A DNA stretch of 45,679 nt from NCBI GenBank assembly GCA_023140385.1, contig JAGLLT010000028.1, positions 1 through 45,679 on the forward strand. The letters run 5' to 3'. Numbering within the stretch: the first letter of the stretch is position 1; each line of letters begins with the position of its first letter. The notes under the pieces were generated by a model. The model was not told the origin of the DNA, did no database searches, and worked only from the letters and a program-made list of their open reading frames with translations. The stretch is from Candidatus Omnitrophota bacterium. Lineage in GTDB: Bacteria; Omnitrophota; Gorgyraeia; JAGLLT01. The translations under genes and the position numbers were made by a program. Shown in pieces: positions 37,401 through 45,678 of this stretch.

Positions 37401-37684
37401 AAGGCGCAGGCCCGAGCCTGGTCTGGCGTTAAAGTAAAAGTTTTTCTATACCAGAAGCTCTTTTGAGACTTCCATTTCAGGTATGGCTTGGCCATATCCA
37501 CCAGGCCGGGCACAGCAATCGTATGATGCCAGCTCTCGGGTTTTTTCCTTGAAGCCTCAAGCTCCCACTCTCCATTAAGACTAATTGTCAGGCGAGAGGC
37601 TTCCGCTCCACTCACCCCCGTGAAACAGCTTAACAAAAACAGGAGAATTACAAAACGGTTAAACTTAACTTTACAAATCATCAT
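34496..37684 (-). CDS. Secreted glycoside hydrolase family 2 protein with C-terminal CBM32
   Basis: ISLNGEW, WYRKTF, GIWGDV.L, FGMREF, FYLNG, NHPSIVIW..MNE (acid/base), LNEF (nucleophile); C-terminal AVDGN..TRWSS / ARYLRI. Confidence 0.9.
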   Translation of the reverse strand: MMICKVKFNRFVILLFLLSCFTGVSGAEASRLTISLNGEWELEASRKKPESWHHTIAVPGLVDMAKPYLKWKSQKSFWYRKTFTLTPDQARACAFVRVEQSKYGTEAWLNGTHIGSYLGCYTSHNYKAARAINYNGENTLIIRVGTRETLPKIGAVGYGYEKKFFVPGIWGDVSLILMDNPFIKRVQMIPHIDIGVAEARITLKNLEDIERKIVLSSKVIEKKSGKSASDEINTTCILSAKEEKTVIVNLPISNMQLWSSGYPFLYQQIVSVKAKDKEADRLVTTFGMREFKIVGSDFYLNGRRVFLRGSNIAFHRFLSDPDRKGLPWNEAWIKKILIDIPKAHNFNFFRFHIGHAYNKWYDIADEYGIMLQDEWAFWVITGTGRQIKKEFTQWIYDNCNHPSIVIWDAMNEPHDAGEISRKVIRDKIIPAMKKIDPTRPWECGLNHNIDFDSWHPVDFSEDHPYIYSMGPVLNKDDFGYARSLDEVESSSEPTILNEFVWFWLDKNGNPSSLMGDVLPRWLGMNSTKKERLEYQARLASDLCELFRRMDVDGIAPFVYLSNGDGCTANWFTGDIADPGVKPIMAALKDVFSPFGVSIELWDRHFLPSEKRNINVYLFNDTHQPKSGTLDCKITGEDGLDVFFEKSLEVTVPAHGRQVEKIEWVMPKKIGTCYLKAELREKSKLSALSKKIAHIYEPVMPENLTRRKIMVYDPDGEIFDYLKSVGLKVKEYKGSKLSRQDVLILGEGALLDEAYAGRMEEIDSFVKKGGGLIVIEPSYGITGYTKKKYSFLPGLTIAMNTRKDADNGGYDSYCFGEDMSFSLWDRIDQEHLKMFNGGWGGEMISQCDVEPMCPKLVLAKSGLNLKYSNVFETVWGNGVIVVSRIQIRGRLTNESVKENGLYSRRVDPVARQYLLNLLSTYSDVNECLERIEKVLPTYIKNVTASSIQDNDMEVSADKAVDGNTGTRWSSQSREDPQWIMLDFEECKGFEKVVLNWESAYAVEYEVQISDDAQNWKTIYAELRGNGGKDIIDVGSQKARYLRIFGKKRCNEDWGYSLWEIGVH

Positions 37685-37705
37685 GTAACAACCTTTCCGT
37701 TCTTA

Positions 37706-40700
37706 TTAATATTCAACTGATATTTCCGCCGGGAGACTATAAAAAACCACCTCATCTTTGCCGGCGGCCCGGTATTCATTTCCGTTAAGATTTATCTTTT
37801 TTATTTTCCCGGGACGTGAAAGCTTAAAGATAAAACCACCGGGAGGCGATACCGCCTCACCCCAAACCTTTATCCTCAGAAAATTGTCTTCCTTCCTAAG
37901 ACTGTAATCTATCTTACCGTAATAGGTCGGCATACCGCTAACTGACACACCCCGCTTCCTCTCAAGCCACTTGTCATCAATCCCCTGGCCCAAAATCAAC
38001 TTATCTTCCTTTTCATAAATAAACAAACTTCTAAGCCCATTAATATACTCAGCGCCAACCCAGGTATGGGGCATATCGCCAAGATAGGTTGGAAAGCGGT
38101 AGTCGCTGTGAACAACCTCTGCCAGATGGTTCCAGGCAAGCGGCCTGCGGCAGTCAAGCATAAAACGCAGAAGATTAAGCGCTTCTTCTTTTTTTCCCAT
38201 ATAAAGAAATGCCGGCGCTGTCCTCAACTCATAAGGAGTAAAGCAGTAGTGAGCTCCTGGCTTAAAGCGGCCGGATAAATCACAGTAATACCTGTCAAAG
38301 GTATTCTCCAGTTCCGGGTGGGGTAAGTTTTGCAGTTCATCACAGTACATAATGGCTACCGAGGTAGAGGTGGGATCACAATCTCCCAAAGAGGCGCTGC
38401 CGGGGATGTAGTCTATGTCAAAAAAGTCCATAGTCAACCGCACTGAATCATAAAAACATTTTTTAAAATCGGCATACTCTTCATCAGCCCACACGGCCAA
38501 ATCATCTCTGCCTAATATGGAAAAAATAGTCCGGCCGTCCTTCCAGCCTTTAAGCCCCCAGAAATCATCCCAGTAAGAGTATTCACGCCAGTAACCTTCG
38601 TGGCTCTGGGAGGGCGGCAGTATACCGTAATACTTTCTTTTTTCGGGCGGCCCTTCCTTAAACTCCGGCGTCAGCGTCTGGTTTCTCAGATATACAAGAT
38701 ACTCTAAGGCTTTTATTACGTTATCTAATTTACCTTTTAAGAACTCCTTATCCTTTGTAAAATAATAATACTGCAGAATAGTATAAACAAACTCGCCCTG
38801 GCTATCATACTCTATCAACCCTTTTTCCTTTTCCTCCCACAATGGATCCTCCGCCTTGGTGTCTATAATGGGCGGTACCTTGCCGTCCTCATACTGGTAG
38901 CCGGCATACCAGTCAATAAACTCCCTTACCTCAGAGGTTAAGCCCATCTTTAATAGCGCGGTAGCGGCCATACCTCCGTCTCTTATCCAGGGTTTGTCAT
39001 AACAGCGCGAACCGGGTTGAAAGCCCGCTCCATCTTGAGTTATAAGACTATAAGCGATATTCGACTTTAAAGTGTTTACCATCGCGGGTTCAGGAATATC
39101 AATTATTATCCGATTAACCCTTGACTCCCAAAAATTAAGCCTTTCTCTAAACATCCTTTCATACTCTAACCTTATCTTCTCTTCCGGCATTCGCGCGCTT
39201 AAAGAGGGCTCCCGGCTATGAAGGGGCAAAGCAATAAAATAGTCTACAGACTCACCCGGCCTTAGATTAAAAGAGTATTCAAGGGCGGCAGAGAGATCGC
39301 CGTTATCATCCTTGGTTTTTTTCTTTCGCGGCAGACAGCCATCCTTTATATAACTAACAATGTCTCCCCCGGGGGTACCGTGGGGAATCGCAAAACTTCC
39401 TTCCAGAGCGGCAAACTTATCCGGCTTTGTCAAAGGATAGATTTTACTTCCCTTATTAACGTCGATCACGTAATTCCTATATCCAATGCTATAAATTGGT
39501 GACAGGCCGCCATCACGAAAGCCCTGCCAGGGTGTATATACCTGAAAAGGCCTGATGGCCAAAAAGAGTTTGCCGGAAATAAACTCCCTGCCGCTATTGG
39601 TTAGCGTATAACGGGCGTAAGCAACTGACTCACCCGCTCTGCCGTAGGTAAAGAGTTTTACTTTAAGACTTACACCTTCATAGTCCCATTTAACTGAGGG
39701 AATGGGCAGGTAATTCTTTTCCAGAAACTGAGTTATTTTAACATCTTCTCTGGTAATAAGCTTGCCCCGTACCTCACCAGTGGTGGTGATGGTACGCGGG
39801 TTATCTAAATATAAAAAGGGTTCGAGGGTAAATCCTCTCTTGTGAGGCTCTATAATGCCGTCTTCGGATAAGAGGGCTTCATTTTCATCGCCCTCCACGC
39901 CCACATATGTCCAGTAGGTCTGCTGTTTGCTGAACCACCTGGGATAATAGCCGGCCGGCGCTTCTTCCGCGGCTATCTCATAATATCTCCCTAAAGCCGC
40001 CGCCTTTTCCGGTGCCTTAAATTCAATCTCTTTTATGCCAAAACCGCTTTTTGTACCGCTTTTTTCGCATAAAATCCTGATAAACCGGGTACTTGTCTGC
40101 TTAAGATATATCTTTTCCCTGCCGCCCTTTGCTGCCGCCTGAGAATAAATTGTTCTCCATTTTTTGCCGTCATTTGATGCTGTTATCTTGTAAGCTTTGG
40201 CATAATCTTTGTCCCACTCTAAAAACAAGCCTCCAAATCTTTTGGCCTGGCGAAAATCAACTTCAAGCCATTCTTTATTTCTCGGCTGGCTATGCCATTT
40301 AGTCTCAATTGAACCATCTAAAACATTACAAGCATTATTCCGGCCCCGCAACGATGACGCCCTCAGGGCAGGTTCTTCGTCCGCTCCTTTTACCGCCACT
40401 TCAGAGAGAGAGTAACCTTCTTCATTATTTTCTTTTTTGCCTGATATTTTAAAAAATCTTGCTTTTGTTTTTTTGAAATAAATATCATCAACTCCGCTAA
40501 CAGCCCCTCTGCCGCTGTAAACCTTAGTCCACTCTTTAGCGTCTTTTGAAAGCAGGATATCATAATCGCCGCCATTTACCCAATGGAGCACCGCTCCCGT
40601 TAATTCCTTCACTCCCCCCAAGTCAAGCGCGAGCCACTGGGAAGAAGAAGATTTACCCGCCCAACGCGTCTTTAAATTTCTATCAACCGCGTTAGACGCT

Positions 40701-41320
40701 TCATACTGACCATCGGCAATTGAGGAAGCTACAGCAGTTATTTTAGAATCCGCGCCATCATCAAAAAATCCAAGAAAGTTCAACTCATCAATAAAAACTT
40801 TTCCCTTACCGCCTTTCCGGCACGAGACAGCTATTTCAATCTTTTTAATTTCTCCCAGTTCTCTCCCCGGGCCCCAGGCATAGGTAATATCCCTTTCTCT
40901 GATTACTACTTCCTGCCACTCTTCGGATAGTGGAAAATTGCCCCACCTCTTCCAGAAGGTATTGCCGTTTTTGTCTATCAGTTTAAACTCGAGATCGCTT
41001 TCGGCGGCCACGCCTTTAACATAAAAACTAAACTTGTATCTCGGCGGTAAAGACAACGAGAACTCTTTGAGGGCAACAACATAGGAGCCCGATGAGCCTA
41101 AATCATAGCTTAAACACAGACAGTTGCCCTTAATGCCCTTTTTAACAGACAAGTCAAGCTTTGCTCCGGGCCCTTCCGCAGCCTCCCATTTTATCAACTC
41201 CTCAAAATTGTCAAGGGTATTTTCAGAAATTTCTTGCGCCCGCGCATTAACAGGCAAAGACAAAAAGAAAATTACCGCCAGTACCCGGGCAAACCTTAAA
41301 GCGACTCTAAAAAGCTCCAT
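37706..41320 (-). CDS. Secreted CBM-like + 2x CBM32 + putative (alpha/alpha)6 glycoside hydrolase
   Basis: Paralogue of 31072-34293 with one extra discoidin module; QPGSR.YDK.WIRDG, EYDSQGE, SHEGY, SYWDDFW, GDMPHTW. Confidence 0.8.
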   Translation of the reverse strand: MELFRVALRFARVLAVIFFLSLPVNARAQEISENTLDNFEELIKWEAAEGPGAKLDLSVKKGIKGNCLCLSYDLGSSGSYVVALKEFSLSLPPRYKFSFYVKGVAAESDLEFKLIDKNGNTFWKRWGNFPLSEEWQEVVIRERDITYAWGPGRELGEIKKIEIAVSCRKGGKGKVFIDELNFLGFFDDGADSKITAVASSIADGQYEASNAVDRNLKTRWAGKSSSSQWLALDLGGVKELTGAVLHWVNGGDYDILLSKDAKEWTKVYSGRGAVSGVDDIYFKKTKARFFKISGKKENNEEGYSLSEVAVKGADEEPALRASSLRGRNNACNVLDGSIETKWHSQPRNKEWLEVDFRQAKRFGGLFLEWDKDYAKAYKITASNDGKKWRTIYSQAAAKGGREKIYLKQTSTRFIRILCEKSGTKSGFGIKEIEFKAPEKAAALGRYYEIAAEEAPAGYYPRWFSKQQTYWTYVGVEGDENEALLSEDGIIEPHKRGFTLEPFLYLDNPRTITTTGEVRGKLITREDVKITQFLEKNYLPIPSVKWDYEGVSLKVKLFTYGRAGESVAYARYTLTNSGREFISGKLFLAIRPFQVYTPWQGFRDGGLSPIYSIGYRNYVIDVNKGSKIYPLTKPDKFAALEGSFAIPHGTPGGDIVSYIKDGCLPRKKKTKDDNGDLSAALEYSFNLRPGESVDYFIALPLHSREPSLSARMPEEKIRLEYERMFRERLNFWESRVNRIIIDIPEPAMVNTLKSNIAYSLITQDGAGFQPGSRCYDKPWIRDGGMAATALLKMGLTSEVREFIDWYAGYQYEDGKVPPIIDTKAEDPLWEEKEKGLIEYDSQGEFVYTILQYYYFTKDKEFLKGKLDNVIKALEYLVYLRNQTLTPEFKEGPPEKRKYYGILPPSQSHEGYWREYSYWDDFWGLKGWKDGRTIFSILGRDDLAVWADEEYADFKKCFYDSVRLTMDFFDIDYIPGSASLGDCDPTSTSVAIMYCDELQNLPHPELENTFDRYYCDLSGRFKPGAHYCFTPYELRTAPAFLYMGKKEEALNLLRFMLDCRRPLAWNHLAEVVHSDYRFPTYLGDMPHTWVGAEYINGLRSLFIYEKEDKLILGQGIDDKWLERKRGVSVSGMPTYYGKIDYSLRKEDNFLRIKVWGEAVSPPGGFIFKLSRPGKIKKINLNGNEYRAAGKDEVVFYSLPAEISVEY
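39764..39800. repeat. Small palindromic element inserted in-frame in a CDS
   Basis: CCCCGTACCTCACCA-GTGG-TGGTGATGGTACGCGGG; encodes a 12-aa insert absent from the paralogue. Confidence 0.7.
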
Positions 41321-41416
41321 TTAATACCCAGACCTGACGCAAATACAAAAACGACAAAACGCTCCCGCCTTTCTTTTTTATAAGGAAGCTCTATAAATAC
41401 ATCCTTTTATTGGAAA

Positions 41417-42046
41417 TTACCAAACAGGGCCGGTCGTAAGGCTAGCCTCATCAAACCACGCAAACGAACCTCCCGCCGGGCCTATGGGCATATCTTCACT
41501 TACACCGCTGACAACAACACAAACCGTACCTTCAGGCGCGGTACCGCTAACCGTTTCACAAAGCCATTCAAACTGGCCGGTATAAACCTTGCTCTGAAAA
41601 GATGCTAAAGGGTCATCCGCCAGCCCAAACCTTCTATCATAACCAAAGAACTCTAACTTTAAACTAGCCTTGCCGGCGTAGTTATCCTCTCCCTTAATCC
41701 ACATTTTAAAGATAAAGGTTTCTCCGGGCGCGGCCATATAAAAGCTATCGGGATCATCCGGGTCACAAACAACCTGAAAACAGCCGCCGAAAGCGCCTGC
41801 TTCCGCGTGCTCCAAGTCATTACCTACTCCAAATGACCAGCTTCCCCGGTACGGATGCCAATCCGCGATCCAGATAAATGTGGCGTTGCCGTCATTTACC
41901 CAATAGTCAATGTGTTCTCCATCGTCAAAACTGGCATTAAGCAATAGGTTCTCATCCTCTGCCATCACCGCTTGCCCGCCAAAAAAAGAAAACACGGCTA
42001 ACGTCAATGTTGCAACTACCAAAGCGCTTAAAAATTTCTTTTTCAT
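41417..42046 (-). CDS. Secreted single-domain CBM4/9-like protein
   Basis: Signal peptide; ENLLLNASFD, APEGT, WFDEA; clear paralogue of 42160-42783; RBS AGGAGG. Confidence 0.75.
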   Translation of the reverse strand: MKKKFLSALVVATLTLAVFSFFGGQAVMAEDENLLLNASFDDGEHIDYWVNDGNATFIWIADWHPYRGSWSFGVGNDLEHAEAGAFGGCFQVVCDPDDPDSFYMAAPGETFIFKMWIKGEDNYAGKASLKLEFFGYDRRFGLADDPLASFQSKVYTGQFEWLCETVSGTAPEGTVCVVVSGVSEDMPIGPAGGSFAWFDEASLTTGPVW

Positions 42047-42073
42047 CTATTCCGCCTCCTTTGTCTCTTGGTT

Positions 42074-42102
42074 CTACGGACAGAGGCAAGCCCTGTCCCT
42101 AC
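42074..42102 (-). repeat. GTAG-type REP-like palindrome
   Basis: Minus strand GTAG-GGACAGGGC-TT-GCCTCTGTCC-GTAG. Confidence 0.6.
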
Positions 42103-42116
42103 TTACACCTGTCTTG

Positions 42117-42148
42117 GTTTGGTTATTCGAATTTGGTTATTGGTTATT
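42117..42148. repeat. Partial copy of the heptamer element
   Basis: GTTT GGTTATT CGAATTT GGTTATT GGTTATT matches 34424-34455 with two substitutions. Confidence 0.75.
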
Positions 42149-42159
42149 TATTCCCTTTT

Positions 42160-42783
42160 TTAACGGTTGACGACAACTTCGCCGTCGTCAAAATTGACAA
42201 GTGAGCCGCCTGAGCCTGTTTCATTATCCTCACTCAAACACACCACCGCCACGCTAACCGTCTCCCCCGGCGCCTCAGCTGTAACCGTCTCTTTAAAATA
42301 ACTGAGCTTTCCTTTGTGAACCGCGCTGCTAAAACTTTTCAATGGGGGCCCCGAATCTCCATCGCGCCTGTCATAGCCATAAAACTCAATTTTTACGGCC
42401 GCGCTGCCCGTATGATTTTCCTCCCCCGCCATCCACATACTAAAAGTAAAAACATCTCCCTGGCTAACAGGATACAGCTTGGTAGAATTGCCGGGATCGC
42501 GAAGAACCTGCAGGCAGCATCCGGAGGCGTTGCCGGGCCCATGATCGTTGCCTACACTAAAAGACCATTCTTGGCTATGACTATTCACAGTGGTCACTCC
42601 AACCCAGGAGACGTTGCCGCCTTTCTCCCAGTAAGCGGCATCACTCCACCACTCGCCTCCATTGTCCTCAAAGTCAGGATTTAACAGCAGGTTTTCACCG
42701 CCAGCCGCCTGAACAGACAAAGAAAACAGGAGTACAAAAACCACCACGATAAATATCCGGCCTGTTAAAAAAAATCTTCTCAT
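42160..42783 (-). CDS. Secreted single-domain CBM4/9-like protein
   Basis: Signal peptide; ENLLLNPDFE, APGET, NFDD; RBS AAGGAG. Confidence 0.75.
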   Translation of the reverse strand: MRRFFLTGRIFIVVVFVLLFSLSVQAAGGENLLLNPDFEDNGGEWWSDAAYWEKGGNVSWVGVTTVNSHSQEWSFSVGNDHGPGNASGCCLQVLRDPGNSTKLYPVSQGDVFTFSMWMAGEENHTGSAAVKIEFYGYDRRDGDSGPPLKSFSSAVHKGKLSYFKETVTAEAPGETVSVAVVCLSEDNETGSGGSLVNFDDGEVVVNR

Positions 42784-42903
42784 CTAAACCATCTCCTTAG
42801 TTACCAAGAATACAATAAATAAACATCCTCTCTTATGAATTATATACTACTTTGTCTTAAATTTGGTAAAAAAATTTAATAAAAACTTTTTACTTAAAAG
42901 AAG

Positions 42904-43536
42904 CTAATCTTCATCGGTAACAATTACCGCCTTTAGTTCATCAAAATAAACATCACCGCTGCTTCCCGGAACACTAATCGCCTTGGGTACAAATCTTACA
43001 GACGTAGTTCCCTGAGGAGCGATTCCTGAAACAGAGTACATTTCCCAGCTTCCTCCGGTGGTACTATTCAGGCAGGGGCTTTTTACGCTCTCAAGCGGCT
43101 TAGTTCCTCTCCACTCAATTTCAAGAAAGGCGATTACTCCGCCCGCCAGAGGGCTCTGGCCTATTCCCGCTGTATCAGGACTCATAAGATAAGCGCTAAA
43201 AAGGACGCGAGTCCCGGGAGATACGGAAATAAACTGGCTCTCGCCGCTACCATCGTCATCGCCCTGCCATGCCCCGCGGTCATTGCTATCGTCTGAACCC
43301 CAGCAATTTAAAGCCCACTGGCCGTTATAACTGTACAGGTTTGAACGCTTACTATCCCACTCATTCCAAAATCTCGCGTCATCCTGGTTTTGCGTAAGGC
43401 CTACATCCTCAAATCCCGGATTTAAAATCAAATTTTCTTCAACGGCTGCCAAAGGAGGCACCGGATTTTCTTCGGCAACTGCCAAAGGAGGCATAAGAAA
43501 AGTCATTGCTGTAAATATTACAGCTATAAACTTCAT
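42904..43536 (-). CDS. Secreted single-domain CBM4/9-like protein
   Basis: Signal peptide; ENLILNPGFE, APQGT, VYFDE. Confidence 0.75.
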   Translation of the reverse strand: MKFIAVIFTAMTFLMPPLAVAEENPVPPLAAVEENLILNPGFEDVGLTQNQDDARFWNEWDSKRSNLYSYNGQWALNCWGSDDSNDRGAWQGDDDGSGESQFISVSPGTRVLFSAYLMSPDTAGIGQSPLAGGVIAFLEIEWRGTKPLESVKSPCLNSTTGGSWEMYSVSGIAPQGTTSVRFVPKAISVPGSSGDVYFDELKAVIVTDED

Positions 43537-43540
43537 TTTA

Positions 43541-44188
43541 TTATCTCCTTTTTCTTCTTACAACACCCTTTACGCCTGCCAGGCCAATGCCCAACAATAA
43601 TAAGCTTGTTGGTTCGGGAATAACATTAACACTGCCGCCTATGGCAGAGTCCATAATGTTTTCTCCTGTCTCTTTACTCAGGACAAATGTATCCGGAGAT
43701 TTCCCTGTATGTTCACCATCAAACCAGAGATTAGCGGTTCCAAGCGGGCCTTTGGCCTGAAATTTAACAGTAGCAAAAACTCCGGCGGGTTTCTGGCGCT
43801 CTCCCCATTGGCCATCACTTTCAGCCACACACCACCATATCTCTCCGGCAGTATTAGCATCATTTATGTTGGGCGCGTAGCTTTCCCCTGGAAAGTTAAA
43901 GGGGTCGTGATAAAGACCGTCTAAGATGTTAGTGCCTTCGGTTATCCAGTTACCAGTATCATAATCTACAACACTTAGAAGATCCGCGTTATACTTAAGC
44001 CATACCCCCATGCCGTAAATAGAGTCTTCATCCGGATTGGCCAGGGTTATATCTACATCAAACGTCTCACCCGGAGTAATAGTGGTCTCCTGCGGGTTTA
44101 TGTAGATACTGACAGTAGCTTGAGCTTTTGGGCTAGCTGTTAAAAGCAGGGTTATAATTATTAGCATCAGCAATTTTGGTTTCTTCAT
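43541..44188 (-). CDS. Cohesin-domain protein with PEP-CTERM anchor
   Basis: Signal peptide (ATG 44188 after AAGGAG; ORF track 44215); cohesin-like pattern PGETFDVDITL...IYG....LKYNADLLSVV...GVFATVKFQAK....ANL.F; IPEPTSLLLLGIGLAGVKGVVRRKRR. Confidence 0.8.
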   Translation of the reverse strand: MKKPKLLMLIIITLLLTASPKAQATVSIYINPQETTITPGETFDVDITLANPDEDSIYGMGVWLKYNADLLSVVDYDTGNWITEGTNILDGLYHDPFNFPGESYAPNINDANTAGEIWWCVAESDGQWGERQKPAGVFATVKFQAKGPLGTANLWFDGEHTGKSPDTFVLSKETGENIMDSAIGGSVNVIPEPTSLLLLGIGLAGVKGVVRRKRR

Positions 44189-44211
44189 TTCTAATCGTCT
44201 CCTTTTGTAAT

Positions 44212-45678
44212 TCATTCTACCCCTGAGGTGTTCCAGTTGCTTCTAAAGATAAATCTATCACTTAGGCCGATTGAGTTGTCATTATTAAAGTCCGCTCTTT
44301 CATCCCAGTCGACATCCCCTATGTTAGTGTTCCAGGACTTCATTAGGATAAATCTATCGCTTAAGCCAACAGAGTTGTCATCATTGGCGTCTCCTCCTAA
44401 GAGAGCGAAGTCTATGTCAATAGTAGTCTCATCGTCTACTACAATAATGTTTTCGTTTTTTGCCCTTAGAGTGTTAGAGGACTTGGCGGTGAGGTCGTAG
44501 GTGCCTGCAGGAACAGTGATTAATGTATAACTGCCGTCACTTGATGTTAAAACCTGATAAGTCTCTAAGGCAGTGGCTTCTCCGGGATTACGCAGTTCAA
44601 AGGTGATTAACTCTGAGTGATCGGTTCGGTTTTGGATGGTTACTTTGCCTGTGATTACTCCTCCGGATTGGGAATACTTTATTGTGGCATAGTCAAAGCC
44701 TGTGTTAATTCCATCACTCTGTCCTGTTACATAGATATTACCTGAAGCGTCTAAGGCTATGGCGTAGGCTCGATCATCACTATTTCCTGGGCCGTTATAC
44801 CTTGCCGTCCAGAGCTGATTTCCGTTTGTATCATATTTTATCATGGCGTAGTCATCGTCTGTGCCAATTCCAGAACTATATCCTGTTACATAGACATTAC
44901 CTTGGACATCTAAGGCTATGGCGTAGGCGGAGTCACTATCATTTCCTGGACCGTTATACCTTGCCGCCCAGAGCTGATTTCCGTTTGTATCATATTTTAC
45001 TGTGGCGTAATCAGAGTCTGTGCCAATTCCATAACTCCATCCCGTTACATAGATATTGCCCTGGACGTCTAAGACTATGGCGTTGGCATCATCATGATAA
45101 TTTCCTAGTCCATCATACCTTGCTGCCCAGAGCTGATTTCCATTTGTATCATATTTTATTGTGGCGTAATCAGAGTCTGTGCCAACTCTATAATTATATC
45201 CTGAATCTCCTGTTACATAGACATTACCTTGGACATCTAAGGCTATGGCGGCGACACCATCACTTCTTGCTGAACTGTCATACCTTGCTAGCCAAAGCTG
45301 ACTGCCGTTTGTATCATACTTTATCGTGGCATAGTCATAGTCGTGGCTAGGCCCATAACTCCATCCTGAATATCCTGTTACATAGACATTACCTTGGGCA
45401 TCTAAGGCTATGGAGGTGGCTTTATCAACATAATAATTTCCTGAACCATTATACCTTGCCACCCAGAGCTGATTGCCGTTTGTATCATACTTTATTGTGG
45501 CGTAGTCAGAGTCTGTGCCACTGCCAGAACTTCCTCCTGTTACATAGACATTACCTGAAGAATCTAAGGCTATGGAGGTGGCGGAGTCACTATCATTTCC
45601 TGGACCGTTATACCTTGCCGCCCAGAGCTGATTTCCGTTTGTATCATATTTTACTGTGGCGTAGTCACTACCGCTATT
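44212..45678 (-). CDS. SBBP beta-propeller repeat protein with prealbumin-like linker and C-terminal dockerin (5'-truncated by window edge)
   Basis: Frame is open from 45678; at least 6 IALD..GN(V/I)YVTG...DYAT(I/V)KYD repeats; DGSYTL..VPAGTYDL linker; duplicated D.N.DNS(V/I)GLSDRFI...W segments. Confidence 0.85.
   Translation of the reverse strand, partial: NSGSDYATVKYDTNGNQLWAARYNGPGNDSDSATSIALDSSGNVYVTGGSSGSGTDSDYATIKYDTNGNQLWVARYNGSGNYYVDKATSIALDAQGNVYVTGYSGWSYGPSHDYDYATIKYDTNGSQLWLARYDSSARSDGVAAIALDVQGNVYVTGDSGYNYRVGTDSDYATIKYDTNGNQLWAARYDGLGNYHDDANAIVLDVQGNIYVTGWSYGIGTDSDYATVKYDTNGNQLWAARYNGPGNDSDSAYAIALDVQGNVYVTGYSSGIGTDDDYAMIKYDTNGNQLWTARYNGPGNSDDRAYAIALDASGNIYVTGQSDGINTGFDYATIKYSQSGGVITGKVTIQNRTDHSELITFELRNPGEATALETYQVLTSSDGSYTLITVPAGTYDLTAKSSNTLRAKNENIIVVDDETTIDIDFALLGGDANDDNSVGLSDRFILMKSWNTNIGDVDWDERADFNNDNSIGLSDRFIFRSNWNTSGVE

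Noticed and set aside
44802..45350. 182-aa + strand ORF and other antisense or alternate-frame ORFs in the track (e.g. 8555-8950, 12192-12650, 15045-15554, 15723-16172, 31951-32373, 42316-42684)
   Set aside because: Shadow frames fully overlapping well-supported minus-strand genes, with no recognisable motifs.
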